A stretch of 32,000 nt of DNA from Trichlorobacter lovleyi SZ. Lineage in GTDB: Bacteria > Desulfobacterota > Desulfuromonadia > Geobacterales > Pseudopelobacteraceae. The notes beneath the pieces are model-generated. The model saw nothing but the letters and a program-made list of their open reading frames with translations. It was not told where the DNA came from and searched no databases. This document shows positions 8,645 through 18,181 of this stretch, one piece after another. Numbering within the stretch: position 1 is the stretch's first letter; every line of letters begins with the position of its first letter. Made by a program: the position numbers and the translations under genes. The stretch is taken from positions 3,120,001 through 3,152,000 of the forward strand of contig NC_010814.1 of NCBI RefSeq assembly GCF_000020385.1, written 5' to 3'.

Positions 8645-9073
8645 TCAGATCTGGTTATTTTTGCAGGCGGCCAGGGTCCGGTTTGCCAGACTCTGGGCGG
8701 CCCGTGGGCTGATGTGGCGCTTGCCTGCCAGTAGGTCGGTTACGGCGGCAAGCAGGGCATCGGCAGGTTCACATTTGGTTACATAGCCGCCGGCACCGAC
8801 AGCAAAGGCACCGGAGATGCTCTCTGCATCTTCACAGAGGGAGTAGACCAGTACGTTGATGCCCAGCCGACGTGCCGATGCTATCAGCTCAAACCCGTTC
8901 TCCGGGCCAAGCACAAGATCAAGCAGCACCAGATCAGCGCCGGACGTGCCAAGTTGTTCAACCGCTTCGCCCCGGCTGCCTGCCTCACCGCAGATGGTAT
9001 GTTTTCCCTGCAGCAGCAGCGCCAATCCCTGACGCACGGCAGGATGTTGATCAATCAAAAAAAGACGTGCCAC
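8645..9073 (-). CDS. Stand-alone receiver (REC) domain protein, a NarL-family paralog lacking the HTH
   Basis: GTG start at 9073 with AGGAG 6 nt upstream. It aligns with the REC half of the neighbouring regulator (LIDQHPAVRQGL vs LIDDHPAVRKGL; LLDLVLG vs FLDLSLG; VLVYSLCED vs VLIYSMHED; GYVTK vs GYVSK). It stops where the linker/LuxR HTH would begin. It ends 39 bp upstream of giant gene B. Confidence 0.85.
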   Translation of the reverse strand: MARLFLIDQHPAVRQGLALLLQGKHTICGEAGSRGEAVEQLGTSGADLVLLDLVLGPENGFELIASARRLGINVLVYSLCEDAESISGAFAVGAGGYVTKCEPADALLAAVTDLLAGKRHISPRAAQSLANRTLAACKNNQI

Positions 9074-9365
9074 ATGGTGCTCCTGTTCTGGTCAGATAAC
9101 AGAATGATTCCATCTAACGTATATACAGGAGGGGGAACAGCGTGTCTGTCCGTGAAACCCCGGACATTACTAAAAAAATTATGGAGGGAAGTGATTGTTT
9201 GGAAGGAGTTACAGACAATTTTGGGAAAAGCAGTCAGCCGCCATAGAACGCAAAAATCACAAAGAACTGCAGATAGGTGGAATGCATTTCAAACAGAGCT
9301 GCAAAGCGTTGCATAAAAAACGTTAACTATCTGTTCTTCTTTTGTTTCATTGTGTTCTTTTGCGG

Positions 9366-10016
9366 CTAAAAACCGTTTTTTGAATGGTGATTTTGTATGG
9401 CAAAACGCCTGAGTCCTTTCATGCCTTCAAGACCCAGCTTGATGATAATCCGGTTAAAGTAGGTTTCTACCGTGCGGACACTGATCCCGAAGGCAGCGGC
9501 CATATCCTGATGACCATCTCCCTGGCCCAGCATGGCCAGCAGTTGCTGTTCCCGCTCACTGAGCAGCGCTTCCGTCTTAACCGGCGGTGTGACAGACAGA
9601 CTGTCTGCCAGGCCCTGGGTAATGCGGGGGCTCAGGTAGGCTCTGCCTGCCAGCAGTTCTGTTACAGCAACCAGCAGCAGCTCCTCCGGCTCCCGCTTGG
9701 AGACATAGCCCAGGGCACCTGCGCCACGGGCCTTCTGGATGGTGTCGCCATCCTCATGCATGGAGTAGATCAGCACGGGGATACCAAGGCCGCAAATGGC
9801 CGGGATAAGATCAAGCCCGCTTTCATCCCCCAGGGAGAGGTCCAGAAAGGCGATCTCTGCACCTGACCCGGGGAGCAGTTCACAGGTCCTGGCAGCGCTG
9901 TCGGCCTCACCGCAGACGCGGTGAGCCTCCTGGGTAAGCAGCAGTGTTAACCCCTTCCGCACAGCCGGGTGGTCATCAATCAGAAATATTCTGGCACCTT
10001 GCGCTGCGTCTGTCAT
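9366..10016 (-). CDS. NarL/FixJ-family response regulator (REC + LuxR-type HTH)
   Basis: REC motifs DD, phospho-acceptor D in FLDLSLG, S and K are present. C-terminal HTH: LSEREQQLLAMLGQGDGHQDMAAAFGISVRTVETYFNRIIIKLG. ATG 10016 overlaps the kinase stop (ATGA). Confidence 0.93.
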   Translation of the reverse strand: MTDAAQGARIFLIDDHPAVRKGLTLLLTQEAHRVCGEADSAARTCELLPGSGAEIAFLDLSLGDESGLDLIPAICGLGIPVLIYSMHEDGDTIQKARGAGALGYVSKREPEELLLVAVTELLAGRAYLSPRITQGLADSLSVTPPVKTEALLSEREQQLLAMLGQGDGHQDMAAAFGISVRTVETYFNRIIIKLGLEGMKGLRRFAIQNHHSKNGF

Positions 10017-11989
10017 GGGCTACAGCCCTCCGTTGTTTCCAGATCACAGGGAATGGTACAACTGACCAGGGTTCCCCCGCCTGCTGCATCAGCAACCGTC
10101 AGATGAGCGTTGATCAGTCTGGCGCGGTGCTGCATGATCCCCATCCCCAACCCTCCTTTGGTCCGTTCGGCAAGGTCTCTGCCAATACCGTCATCCTGAA
10201 CCGTCAGGGTCAGTTCACCCCGATTTTGGCACTGAAGGGCAACCGCAATCCGCCCGGCACGGGCATGTTTAACCGCATTGGTCAGCGCCTCTTGAGCGAT
10301 GCGGTAGAGCTGGGTTACCCCTTTGTTTGTGCAGACGCGGCAACCCCGTTGCTGGTTGAATTCGATCACAACACCGCTGGATTCTGCCAGCCGCCGGGTC
10401 AGTTCCTCCAGGGAGGGGCTGAGTGCATTGCTGTCATGCTCCACCGGCCAGAGCCCACGGGAGAGGTCGTAGGCATGGTTGACCGATTCTTCCAGCAGGG
10501 AGGAGACTTCTGCCACTTCCGGCTTCTGGCGGTCAGCATCGGACAGCTGCCGCCTGAGCGAGGAAAAATGCAGCCGGACACCGGTCAAGAGCTGGCAGAG
10601 CCCGTCATGCAGCTGGTGGCTGATGCTGCGGCGTTCTTCTTCGCTGATATTGACAATCTCCCGCTCCAGACGGGTTCGTTCAGCCATCTCCTCTTCCAGA
10701 TCACGGTTCTTACCGGACAGCTCACAGGAGAGCTGTTCTACGGCATGAAAGGATCGGGAAAAACGAATTGACAGGGCGATGGCCTGGAAAAAGATAAAAA
10801 CAAACATGCCGATATGAATCAGATAGACTGACTGGATCATCTGCAGATCATAGAGCATATCATTGATACCGGTTGCCCCCATCACCATGAAACCTGCAAG
10901 AATCAGGGACGCTGCCTCCCTGTTACTGCCCATGGCACGAAACAGCATGGCCAGGCAGTACAGGATCATGACCATGGCAAACAGGTAGAACGCCGGGATG
11001 ATGCTGGTGAAGACCATGGTGGGGAGGAGCAGTCCCAGCCCGGTGTACAGCAGGGCCAGCACCAGAATAATCTGCTGCAGGAGGCGGGAAAACTCATCGG
11101 GATAGAGGGTACGGAAAAAATTGTAGCCGATCGGCAGCGACAGCACAAAACAGAGCAGGTCAAAGCGGTTGAGCAATGCAGCCGGATAGTGGGGCACCAG
11201 CAGATTCACGGCCCAGTCAGTTGCATTTGAGGTAAGCGAACTGCCGGCCCACAACAGGCTGTAGACACCAAAATAGAGCGGGGCACGGTCTGATTTTCTG
11301 ATGAAAAACAGACCGATATGGTAGAACCCCATCACCAGCAGGCTGCCGATGCAGAGCAGGGCCAGAGACCATTGTCTCAGCTGCGCTGATTCCAGTGTCT
11401 CTGACGCCCCCAGCATGATCGGGGCAATCACCCCCCCATTACGATGATGGTAGTTTGAGACCTGCAACAGCAGCTCAAGCGGCTGGCCATCAGACTGCAA
11501 GCGGATTTGGCGAATCCCCTGGGCCGGGATCTCTTCAGCGGCATTTTTGCCAACCACACCGTTTTCACCCAGCAGGAGACCGTTTACCCAGAGCCGGTAG
11601 GCAGAGTTGAGTTCACCAAGCTGCAGTGTCAGTCCCTGCCGGGTCTTGCCGGGCAGTATCCTCAGCCGGAAGGTGGCGTAGCCTGCTGCTTCAGTTTTTT
11701 TAGTTTTGGGGGGCGTATCATTCCAGGCTGCGGGAAGGGTCAGATAGCCCGAGACAACGGGCAGATGGCCGGCCTTGAAATCTGCCGGGGCCAGCAGCTG
11801 CTTCCAATAACATTCCCAGACCCCATCCAGACGGATCGGACCAGCCTGCTGCAGATCAATGGTTGAAAGGTCTATCACACCCTGGCGAGCAAGGGGCGGA
11901 GCGGTTTTACCGACGCGACACCCGCTGCAAAGGCAGAGCACTGCCATAACAGCCAGCAGCAGTATCGAGGGTATGATTCTGTAACGCAT
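10013..11989 (-). CDS. 7TMR-DISM-type sensor histidine kinase (extracellular DISMED2-like domain, 7 TM helices, HisKA_3, HATPase_c)
   Basis: N-terminal signal/lipobox-like LCLCSGC, followed by an extracytoplasmic region of about 170 aa and a block of about seven hydrophobic helices. Coiled coil, then H-box ISHQLHDGLCQLL (NarX/LiaS HisKA_3 type), N box EALTNAVKHA and G box DDGIG..GGLGMGIMQ. There is a 4-nt overlap with the regulator gene. Confidence 0.9.
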   Translation of the reverse strand: MRYRIIPSILLLAVMAVLCLCSGCRVGKTAPPLARQGVIDLSTIDLQQAGPIRLDGVWECYWKQLLAPADFKAGHLPVVSGYLTLPAAWNDTPPKTKKTEAAGYATFRLRILPGKTRQGLTLQLGELNSAYRLWVNGLLLGENGVVGKNAAEEIPAQGIRQIRLQSDGQPLELLLQVSNYHHRNGGVIAPIMLGASETLESAQLRQWSLALLCIGSLLVMGFYHIGLFFIRKSDRAPLYFGVYSLLWAGSSLTSNATDWAVNLLVPHYPAALLNRFDLLCFVLSLPIGYNFFRTLYPDEFSRLLQQIILVLALLYTGLGLLLPTMVFTSIIPAFYLFAMVMILYCLAMLFRAMGSNREAASLILAGFMVMGATGINDMLYDLQMIQSVYLIHIGMFVFIFFQAIALSIRFSRSFHAVEQLSCELSGKNRDLEEEMAERTRLEREIVNISEEERRSISHQLHDGLCQLLTGVRLHFSSLRRQLSDADRQKPEVAEVSSLLEESVNHAYDLSRGLWPVEHDSNALSPSLEELTRRLAESSGVVIEFNQQRGCRVCTNKGVTQLYRIAQEALTNAVKHARAGRIAVALQCQNRGELTLTVQDDGIGRDLAERTKGGLGMGIMQHRARLINAHLTVADAAGGGTLVSCTIPCDLETTEGCSP

Positions 11990-12094
11990 GGTTTTGGCAC
12001 TATAATCAATGCCGACTGCCTATTCAAACAGAATTACCGTAAAAGCCAGCGGCACCGGAAACAGCTTATTAAGCCTTTCCCAGCCTGACACCGA

Positions 12095-12124
12095 TTGACA
12101 CCATCGCCACAATTGGCCTATAGT
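12095..12124 (+). promoter_or_regulatory. Candidate sigma70-type promoter directly abutting the PBP start codon
   Basis: TTGACA (12095-12100), an 18-nt spacer, TATAGT (12119-12124), then 6 nt and ATG 12131. No Shine-Dalgarno lies between them. The TTG used as the ORF-track start is this -35 hexamer. Confidence 0.35.
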
Positions 12125-12130
12125 TTCCAG

Positions 12131-13417
12131 ATGCAAGATTTGAAACATTTGACCCGGCCCCAGAAGAACTTCTTTCAGCGCCACTGGAAAGGTGCCGCCC
12201 TCTGCACCGCCCTGGCACTCCTCTTGATCCCGTTAAGTGTTCTGCTGGTCCGCAAAGGCGCCCAGGCGATTTCTGTCTGGCAGGATTCCCGTCAACAGGC
12301 CGTTCAAAAGGTACGACCGATCTCTCTGGGGGATGACCTCTTTGCCACTGCCAGCAGCCTGATTCCTACTGCCGTCAGTAATGGTGAACTCCTGACAGCA
12401 ACCGCCCCTGACGGCACGACGCTCAACCTTTCGATCAACCCGGCACTGCAGCACCGGGTCCAGGGGTATCTGGAGCAGACCCGCCCCCCCTACGCAATCT
12501 TTATCGCTGTTGAGCCGGCGACCGGCAGGGTGCTTTCCCTTGCCGGATATTCAGCCACCGACCCGACCTGGCAGCAGCAGGCCGCCTACCAGGTCTACCC
12601 GATGGCCTCACTGTTCAAGATGATTACCGCAGCTGCAGCCCTGGAGAACCGGAAGATCAATCCCGCCACAGTGTTGGAGTTCCGGGGGCGCCTGGTCTCT
12701 GAGACCCCGAAGAACTGGGATCCCAACCCCAGGGGCCGCAACAATAAAATGGATGTGACCGAGGCGATGGGAAAATCGGTCAACCCGATCTACGGCATGA
12801 TCGCCAGTGACCTGCTGGGCAGAGAACAACTCAAGCAGACCTGTGAGCGTTTCGGCTTTAACCGCAGCCTGCTGTTGCCCGGCGTGCCTGCAGTGCCCAG
12901 CGCGGCGCCGGCGGCAGAATCCACCCATGACCTGCGTTTACAGGGCTGCGGGCTTGATCATGATCTGCAGGTTTCACCCATTCATGCAGCCCTCATTACT
13001 GCTGCCATTGCCAACCGCGGCACCATGATGGTCCCTCGCCTGGTTGATCAGGCAGCACGCGACGGCAAGGAACTGAAGGTTCCGGCAACCCGCGAGCTGG
13101 AGCGGGTGATCAGCCCAGAAACAGCCAACAGCCTGACCCATATGCTACTGACCACGGTCACCAGCGGCACCTCACGCAAGGCGTTCCGCACCCCGGAAGG
13201 ACGCAGGCTGACCAGCGACATGAAAATCGCCGCCAAGACCGGCTCGATTGATGGAGATAATCCGAAAGGTCACTATTCCTGGTTTGCCGCCTACGCACCG
13301 GCCGACCAGCCGCGCATTGCACTGGTGGCGCTTGTGATTAACGGAGACAAGTGGAAGATCAAGGCCTCGCAGCTGGGCGAACAGGCCCTGGCGGAATTTT
13401 TCAGGCAGGGTAGGTAA
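12131..13417 (+). CDS. Penicillin-binding protein, transpeptidase domain (class-B-like)
   Basis: N-terminal TM anchor (AALCTALALLLIPLSVLLV). SxxK in ASLFKMITAAAALE, SxN in KSVNPIYG, KTG in AAKTGS. Start at ATG 12131 is preferred; the TTG at 12095 is an alternative. Confidence 0.85.
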   Translation: MQDLKHLTRPQKNFFQRHWKGAALCTALALLLIPLSVLLVRKGAQAISVWQDSRQQAVQKVRPISLGDDLFATASSLIPTAVSNGELLTATAPDGTTLNLSINPALQHRVQGYLEQTRPPYAIFIAVEPATGRVLSLAGYSATDPTWQQQAAYQVYPMASLFKMITAAAALENRKINPATVLEFRGRLVSETPKNWDPNPRGRNNKMDVTEAMGKSVNPIYGMIASDLLGREQLKQTCERFGFNRSLLLPGVPAVPSAAPAAESTHDLRLQGCGLDHDLQVSPIHAALITAAIANRGTMMVPRLVDQAARDGKELKVPATRELERVISPETANSLTHMLLTTVTSGTSRKAFRTPEGRRLTSDMKIAAKTGSIDGDNPKGHYSWFAAYAPADQPRIALVALVINGDKWKIKASQLGEQALAEFFRQGR

Positions 13418-14117
13418 GCAGGCGGAAGCTGCCGTCAACGAGTTCGGCGTAGGAGTAATGGGAAATCCAGTCTCCCAGTGAGACCAGTGTAAAATCATCC
13501 TGCTGATCGATGAAGGGCTGATGAAAATGTCCCAGCACCAGGGCCTGAGCCCCCTGGGCACGAATTGATGCCGCATAGCTGCGGATCATGACGCTATAGT
13601 CCCAACGCTTCCGGTCCCGGCTGTAGCGTTGTTTGCTTGTGTGCTGCAGCCTGCTGCGCAGCCCCTGCACCACTGCTGCAGGAAGCAGACGGCCGAACCG
13701 TAAGGTCAGGGGGTTCCGCAGGGTGCGGTGGAGCAGACGATAACGCCAGTCGGCCCGATTGATCAGGTCACCATGACAAAGAAAGACCTGCTTGCCCTGC
13801 AGCTCAAGCTGTACCGGTCCGGGATGGACTTCAGCCTCCAGCCTGCTGCCAAGGTCTGCTCCAAGATGGAAGTCGTGATTCCCTTCCAGGTAGATCAGAC
13901 GGGTACCGAAGGCGTGCAGTTCCTCCAGGGCCTTGAGTAACGGCTCCTGTTCAGGAAAAGCCAGGGCCGGCAGACCGACCCTGAAATCAAACAGGTCGCC
14001 CAGAATACAGAGCGTGGTGGTTGTACCCTGCAGGGAACGGATAAACTCAAGCAGCAGCCGGTAGTTGGCATCGCCAGGGTGGTGCAGATGGGCATCAGCA
14101 AGAAAGATGGCACGCAT
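13401..14117 (-). CDS. lpxH: UDP-2,3-diacylglucosamine diphosphatase (LpxH-type metallophosphoesterase)
   Basis: Start moved to ATG 14117 (MRAIFLADAHL...). Calcineurin-like motifs DAH, ILGDLFD, EGNHDFHLG, CHGD, GHFHQP and LGDW are colinear with E. coli LpxH as I recall it. The product is 238 aa. Its 3' end overlaps the convergent PBP gene by 17 nt. Confidence 0.8.
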   Translation of the reverse strand: MRAIFLADAHLHHPGDANYRLLLEFIRSLQGTTTTLCILGDLFDFRVGLPALAFPEQEPLLKALEELHAFGTRLIYLEGNHDFHLGADLGSRLEAEVHPGPVQLELQGKQVFLCHGDLINRADWRYRLLHRTLRNPLTLRFGRLLPAAVVQGLRSRLQHTSKQRYSRDRKRWDYSVMIRSYAASIRAQGAQALVLGHFHQPFIDQQDDFTLVSLGDWISHYSYAELVDGSFRLLTYPA

Positions 14118-14184
14118 AATACTGCTGATTGTGCCGTTGCCGGGGCTGACTGTCAACAACAGGAATATATAGAGGAGCCTTTTT

Positions 14185-14625
14185 ATGATACATAGCGTAG
14201 CCATAGCCTGGGATGATCTTCTGGGGGCTTTTTCAAATATGGAACAGGACCGGGTCTATTTTTTTGACCGAATGACCGGAGAGATCTTCTTTGTCGGCTC
14301 TGACAGCGGTGACAGTTTCTGGGACCAGCTGGAACAGCAGCAGGGACGTTTTCTTGAAATCCCGCACCTGGACTCAGCAGCGGAGCGCACGCTCCTGACC
14401 ACTTTTCTTGCAGGCCAGAGCAACAGGGAACTCTGCAGCCTGCTGGATCACGCGCTATCAGGACGCCCCCCCTATGCCAGGCCGGCTGACATCCTGTCCT
14501 TTTTCCCGGATGAGGAGCTGCAGCTGTCTGAGCTGCGTGATACCTTCCTGAGCAACCGGGTCAAAAGCTGGCTGGAAGAAAACGAGCTTTTTTCCCTGAG
14601 CACCTCCCTGAACGCTGTCCACTAA
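14185..14625 (+). CDS. Hypothetical cytoplasmic protein (tentatively UPF0158-like)
   Basis: ATG with GAGGAG upstream. The product is acidic, 146 aa, with no TM or signal peptide. Resemblance to UPF0158 is from memory only. Its stop lies 11 nt before the AI-2E permease gene. Confidence 0.65.
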   Translation: MIHSVAIAWDDLLGAFSNMEQDRVYFFDRMTGEIFFVGSDSGDSFWDQLEQQQGRFLEIPHLDSAAERTLLTTFLAGQSNRELCSLLDHALSGRPPYARPADILSFFPDEELQLSELRDTFLSNRVKSWLEENELFSLSTSLNAVH

Positions 14626-14636
14626 AGGAGCGTCGT

Positions 14637-15710
14637 ATGTCACCGCTGGAAACGTTTAAAAACCAGCACCCCGTCAGCCATATCAGGCTGATTGCAGGCA
14701 TACTGACCATTGCTGCCGTTGCCTGGCTGGGAAATGCCCTAAGCCATACCCTCTCCTGCTTTCTGCTCTCCTTTGTGATCGCCTACCTGCTTGACCCGCT
14801 TGTGGTCAGGCTGGAAAAGCGCCTCAAGCGTATTCATGCCATTGCGCTGCTGTATGTGGTGTTGGGGATTATCTCCACCTTCGGCCTGGCCTTTCTGCTG
14901 CCGATGCTGACCATCAGCTGGGACAGTTTTCTGCGCAATCTCCCGCAACAGCTGCAACAGATCAAACAGGCACTGCTTGGCTGGCAAAGCACGCTTCCGA
15001 CCCATTATGGTTCGGAAGAGATCACCTGGCTGCTGGATAACATCATCGGCAATGCCGACAGCATGGCGGAAAAGGCCGGAATCTGGGCCTACGGCTTTGC
15101 CACCAGGATGTTCTTCAATGTCTTCAACCTGATCCTGGCACCGATCCTGGTCTTCTTCATGCTCAACTACAAACAGAAGATCATGGACACCACGGCGCTC
15201 TGGATACCTGAGACGCGGCGTGACCTGATCCTGCAGATGGGACGTGAGATTGACAGCAGCGTGGGTGGCTATATCCGGGGCCAGGTGATGGTCTCCATTG
15301 TGGTCGCTCTGGCCACCATCCCGACCCTGATGTGGCTCGGGATCCCCCACCCGATCCTGTGCGGTCTCTTTGCCGGGGCAGCCAGTATTCTCCCCTTTGT
15401 GGGGGTAATCCTGGCCATGCTGCCACCGCTGCTGTTCGCCTGGCTGACCTACGGCACTGGTACCATCATTGTCAAGGTATTGATCGCCTTTGCCGTCATC
15501 TACTTTCTGGAAGGCTATCTGGTAAAGCCGTTGGTCTTCAAGGAATCGATGAACCTGAACCCTCTGCTGACCATTATTATGGTAATGGCCTTTGGTGAAC
15601 TGATGGGATTCTGGGGCATCCTGCTGGCCCTGCCGATCACTGCCGCCATGATCATCGCTTCGCAGCACTGGCTTAAAGGGGATTTTGCCAACCCGGGGAA
15701 TGAACCATGA
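14637..15710 (+). CDS. AI-2E family transporter (PerM/YhhT, UPF0118)
   Basis: AAGGAG lies 6 nt upstream. Polytopic membrane protein with the family core [47 protein letters not shown]. Confidence 0.88.
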   Translation: MSPLETFKNQHPVSHIRLIAGILTIAAVAWLGNALSHTLSCFLLSFVIAYLLDPLVVRLEKRLKRIHAIALLYVVLGIISTFGLAFLLPMLTISWDSFLRNLPQQLQQIKQALLGWQSTLPTHYGSEEITWLLDNIIGNADSMAEKAGIWAYGFATRMFFNVFNLILAPILVFFMLNYKQKIMDTTALWIPETRRDLILQMGREIDSSVGGYIRGQVMVSIVVALATIPTLMWLGIPHPILCGLFAGAASILPFVGVILAMLPPLLFAWLTYGTGTIIVKVLIAFAVIYFLEGYLVKPLVFKESMNLNPLLTIIMVMAFGELMGFWGILLALPITAAMIIASQHWLKGDFANPGNEP

Positions 15711-18094
15711 CCAAACTTTCTCTCCAGATCACCGGTATGTCCTGTGTCAACTGTGCAGGAAGGATAGAACGGGAGGTCAGCGCACTGGCCGGCGTGGAAT
15801 CCGCCGCAGTCAATTTTGCCATTGCCCAGCTGACCGCCTCGTTTGATGAAACCGTTATCAGCGCCGACAACATCATGGAAAAAGTCAAGTCGCTGGGCTA
15901 CGGCGTAGTCAAGCCGGAACCGCCCGGTGAGCTGACCTTTTCCATCACCGGTCTGCATTGCGCCAACTGTGTTGCCCGCCTTGAAAAAATCCTGCGTGAA
16001 CAGCCGGGGATCAGCACCGCCGTGGTCAACCTGGTGGCAGCCACCGGCTTTGTCCGCTTTGATCCTGCCCTGCTGGACAAAGGGGCCATCTTCAGGATCG
16101 TAATTGATGCCGGTTACACCCCGGCTGAGCCGGAAGCGGGTGAAGAGGCGGAGGCAGAAGAACTGGCTGGTCAGCGCAACTGGTTCCTGTTCTCACTTGC
16201 CCTGTCGCTGCCGATCATGGCCACCATGACGCTGCACCATCTACGCAGCGTGGGCTGGATGAACCTGATCCTTGCCACCGTTATCCAGTTCAGCGCCGGA
16301 CTGGCCTTTTACCGCGGCGCCTGGTCCGCTCTGAAGAGCAAGAGCAGCAATATGGATGTTCTGGTGGCCTTAGGCACCAGCGCAGCCTGGGGCTACTCAC
16401 TGCTGGCCTTCTTTGGCCTGCTGGGGGATAGCCATGAGGTCTTTTTTGAGACCTCGGCCTGGCTGATCACCTTTATCCGGCTGGGTAAATACCTGGAGGC
16501 ACGGGCGCGGGGCAAGGCCGGTGAAGCGTTAAAGAAGCTGCTGCACCTGCAGGCTGACAAGGCCCGACTGGTCACTGCTGAAGGCGAGAAAGAGGTGCCG
16601 GCCTCGGTGATCCGGGTGGGCGATCTGGTGGCGGTCCGTCCCGGCGAGACCATACCGGTGGATGGTGAAGTGGTGGAAGGAACCTCCAGTGTTGATGAGG
16701 CGATGGTCACCGGAGAATCCCTGCCGGTGGCCAAGCAGGCGGGTGATACGGTCACCGGTGCCACCATCAACAAAAACGGCCGCCTGATTATCAAGGCCAC
16801 CCGGATTGGCGAAGAGACCCTGTTGGCTCAGATCGTCAGGATGGTGCGGGATGCCCAGGGGGATAAGGCCCCGATCCAGCGTTTTGCCGATGCGGTCTCG
16901 GCCTGGTTTGTGCCTGCCGTGATTGTTCTGGCCCTGCTCACCTTTGTCGTCTGGCTTTTGATTCTGAAAGCTCCGTTTCTGGTGGCCTTCAAGTTCGGCG
17001 TAGCGGTGGTGGTAATCGCCTGTCCCTGCGCCATGGGGCTTGCCACCCCTACTGCCATCATGGTGGGTAGCGGCGTGGCCCTTTCCCGCGGTATCCTGGT
17101 CAAAAAGGGCTCGGCTCTTGAGACCATTGCCAAGCTGCAGGTGATGCTGCTGGACAAGACCGGCACCCTGACCAGTGGCAAACTGACCATGAGCGACCTG
17201 GTGACCGCACCTGGTGTTGATGAACAACGACTGCTGGAATGCCTTGCTGCTGCCGAGGCATCCTCCAGCCATCCCCTGGCCCAGGCTGCCGTGGCTGCAG
17301 CAAAGGAGCGGGGCTGCATCCCCGGCGAGGTGAGTGACTTCCACGAAGCTGAAGGACACGGCGTCACCTGCAGCTACAACGGTATCCGTCTGGCAGTGGG
17401 CAACCAGCGCCTGATGGATGCAGAAAAGGTAAAGACCGCCCATCTTGAAGCTGAAGCCGAAGAGCTGGCTGCAGAAGGCAATTCTTTGATGTATGTTGCC
17501 GCAGGCCAGGTATTGGTTGGTATTGCCGCCTTCAGTGACACCATCAAGCCCACCTCCTGCCAGGCTGTTGCGGAGTTGAAGCAGCTGGGTATCCGCACCG
17601 TGATGATTACCGGCGACCATGCCGCAGTGGCTGCCACAGTTGCCGCCCAGGCCGGCGTAGACAGCTTTGAGGCCCAGGTACTGCCGGGCCGCAAGCAGGA
17701 GCTGGTCAAGGAATGGCAACAGAAGGGCCAGGTTGTGGGGATGACCGGCGACGGCATCAATGATGCCCCGGCCCTGGCAGCAGCCGATATCGGTATCGCC
17801 ATTGGCGGTGGTACCGATGTGGCCAAAGAGACCGGTGACATCGTGTTGATCAAGGATGACCTGCTGGATGTGGTGCGGGCCATCAAGGTGGGCCGTGCCA
17901 CCCTTTCAAAGGTCAAGCAGAACCTGTTCTGGGCACTGTTCTACAACGTAATCGGCATCCCGGTGGCAGCAGGGCTGTTTGCCGGTTACGGTATCTTTCT
18001 GAAGGCCGAGTTTGCCGGTCTGGCCATGGCCTTTTCATCGGTGTCGGTGGTACTGAACTCGCTGTTCCTGAAGAGAATTGCCAACAGGTTGTAG
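15707..18094 (+). CDS. copA: Copper-translocating P1B-type ATPase
   Basis: Two HMA domains ([24 protein letters not shown]). TGES, the CPC metal site ([11 protein letters not shown]), DKTGTLT and GDGINDAP are present. ATGA overlap with the upstream permease stop. Confidence 0.95.
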   Translation: MTKLSLQITGMSCVNCAGRIEREVSALAGVESAAVNFAIAQLTASFDETVISADNIMEKVKSLGYGVVKPEPPGELTFSITGLHCANCVARLEKILREQPGISTAVVNLVAATGFVRFDPALLDKGAIFRIVIDAGYTPAEPEAGEEAEAEELAGQRNWFLFSLALSLPIMATMTLHHLRSVGWMNLILATVIQFSAGLAFYRGAWSALKSKSSNMDVLVALGTSAAWGYSLLAFFGLLGDSHEVFFETSAWLITFIRLGKYLEARARGKAGEALKKLLHLQADKARLVTAEGEKEVPASVIRVGDLVAVRPGETIPVDGEVVEGTSSVDEAMVTGESLPVAKQAGDTVTGATINKNGRLIIKATRIGEETLLAQIVRMVRDAQGDKAPIQRFADAVSAWFVPAVIVLALLTFVVWLLILKAPFLVAFKFGVAVVVIACPCAMGLATPTAIMVGSGVALSRGILVKKGSALETIAKLQVMLLDKTGTLTSGKLTMSDLVTAPGVDEQRLLECLAAAEASSSHPLAQAAVAAAKERGCIPGEVSDFHEAEGHGVTCSYNGIRLAVGNQRLMDAEKVKTAHLEAEAEELAAEGNSLMYVAAGQVLVGIAAFSDTIKPTSCQAVAELKQLGIRTVMITGDHAAVAATVAAQAGVDSFEAQVLPGRKQELVKEWQQKGQVVGMTGDGINDAPALAAADIGIAIGGGTDVAKETGDIVLIKDDLLDVVRAIKVGRATLSKVKQNLFWALFYNVIGIPVAAGLFAGYGIFLKAEFAGLAMAFSSVSVVLNSLFLKRIANRL

Positions 18095-18128
18095 CAATCC
18101 GGCTCCGAATGGAAGCCGATCCAGCTAC

Positions 18129-18156
18129 TTGACAAAAACACTCTTTTTCGTATCAT
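18129..18156 (+). promoter_or_regulatory. Candidate sigma70-type promoter for the 18182 gene
   Basis: TTGACA (18129-18134), a 16-nt spacer, TATCAT (18151-18156). GGGGGAG Shine-Dalgarno and ATG 18182 follow about 25 nt downstream. Confidence 0.5.
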
Positions 18157-18181
18157 TGCTTCCCCAAAGGGGGGAGTTACC

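Noticed and set aside
9225-9250. Sigma54-like TGGCGG-N5-TGCT on the minus strand in the AT-rich gap.
   Set aside because: The GC dinucleotide is one position out of register with the GG relative to TGGCAC-N5-TTGC. Sigma54 spacing is strict.
8954-9316. A 120-aa plus-strand ORF spanning the AT-rich gap, and a 21-aa ORF at 9181.
   Set aside because: The 5' part of the 120-aa ORF is antisense to the receiver gene, and there is no SD at any Met. The basic, low-complexity translation matches no motif. It is probably a chance ORF, although ribosome profiling could revisit this.
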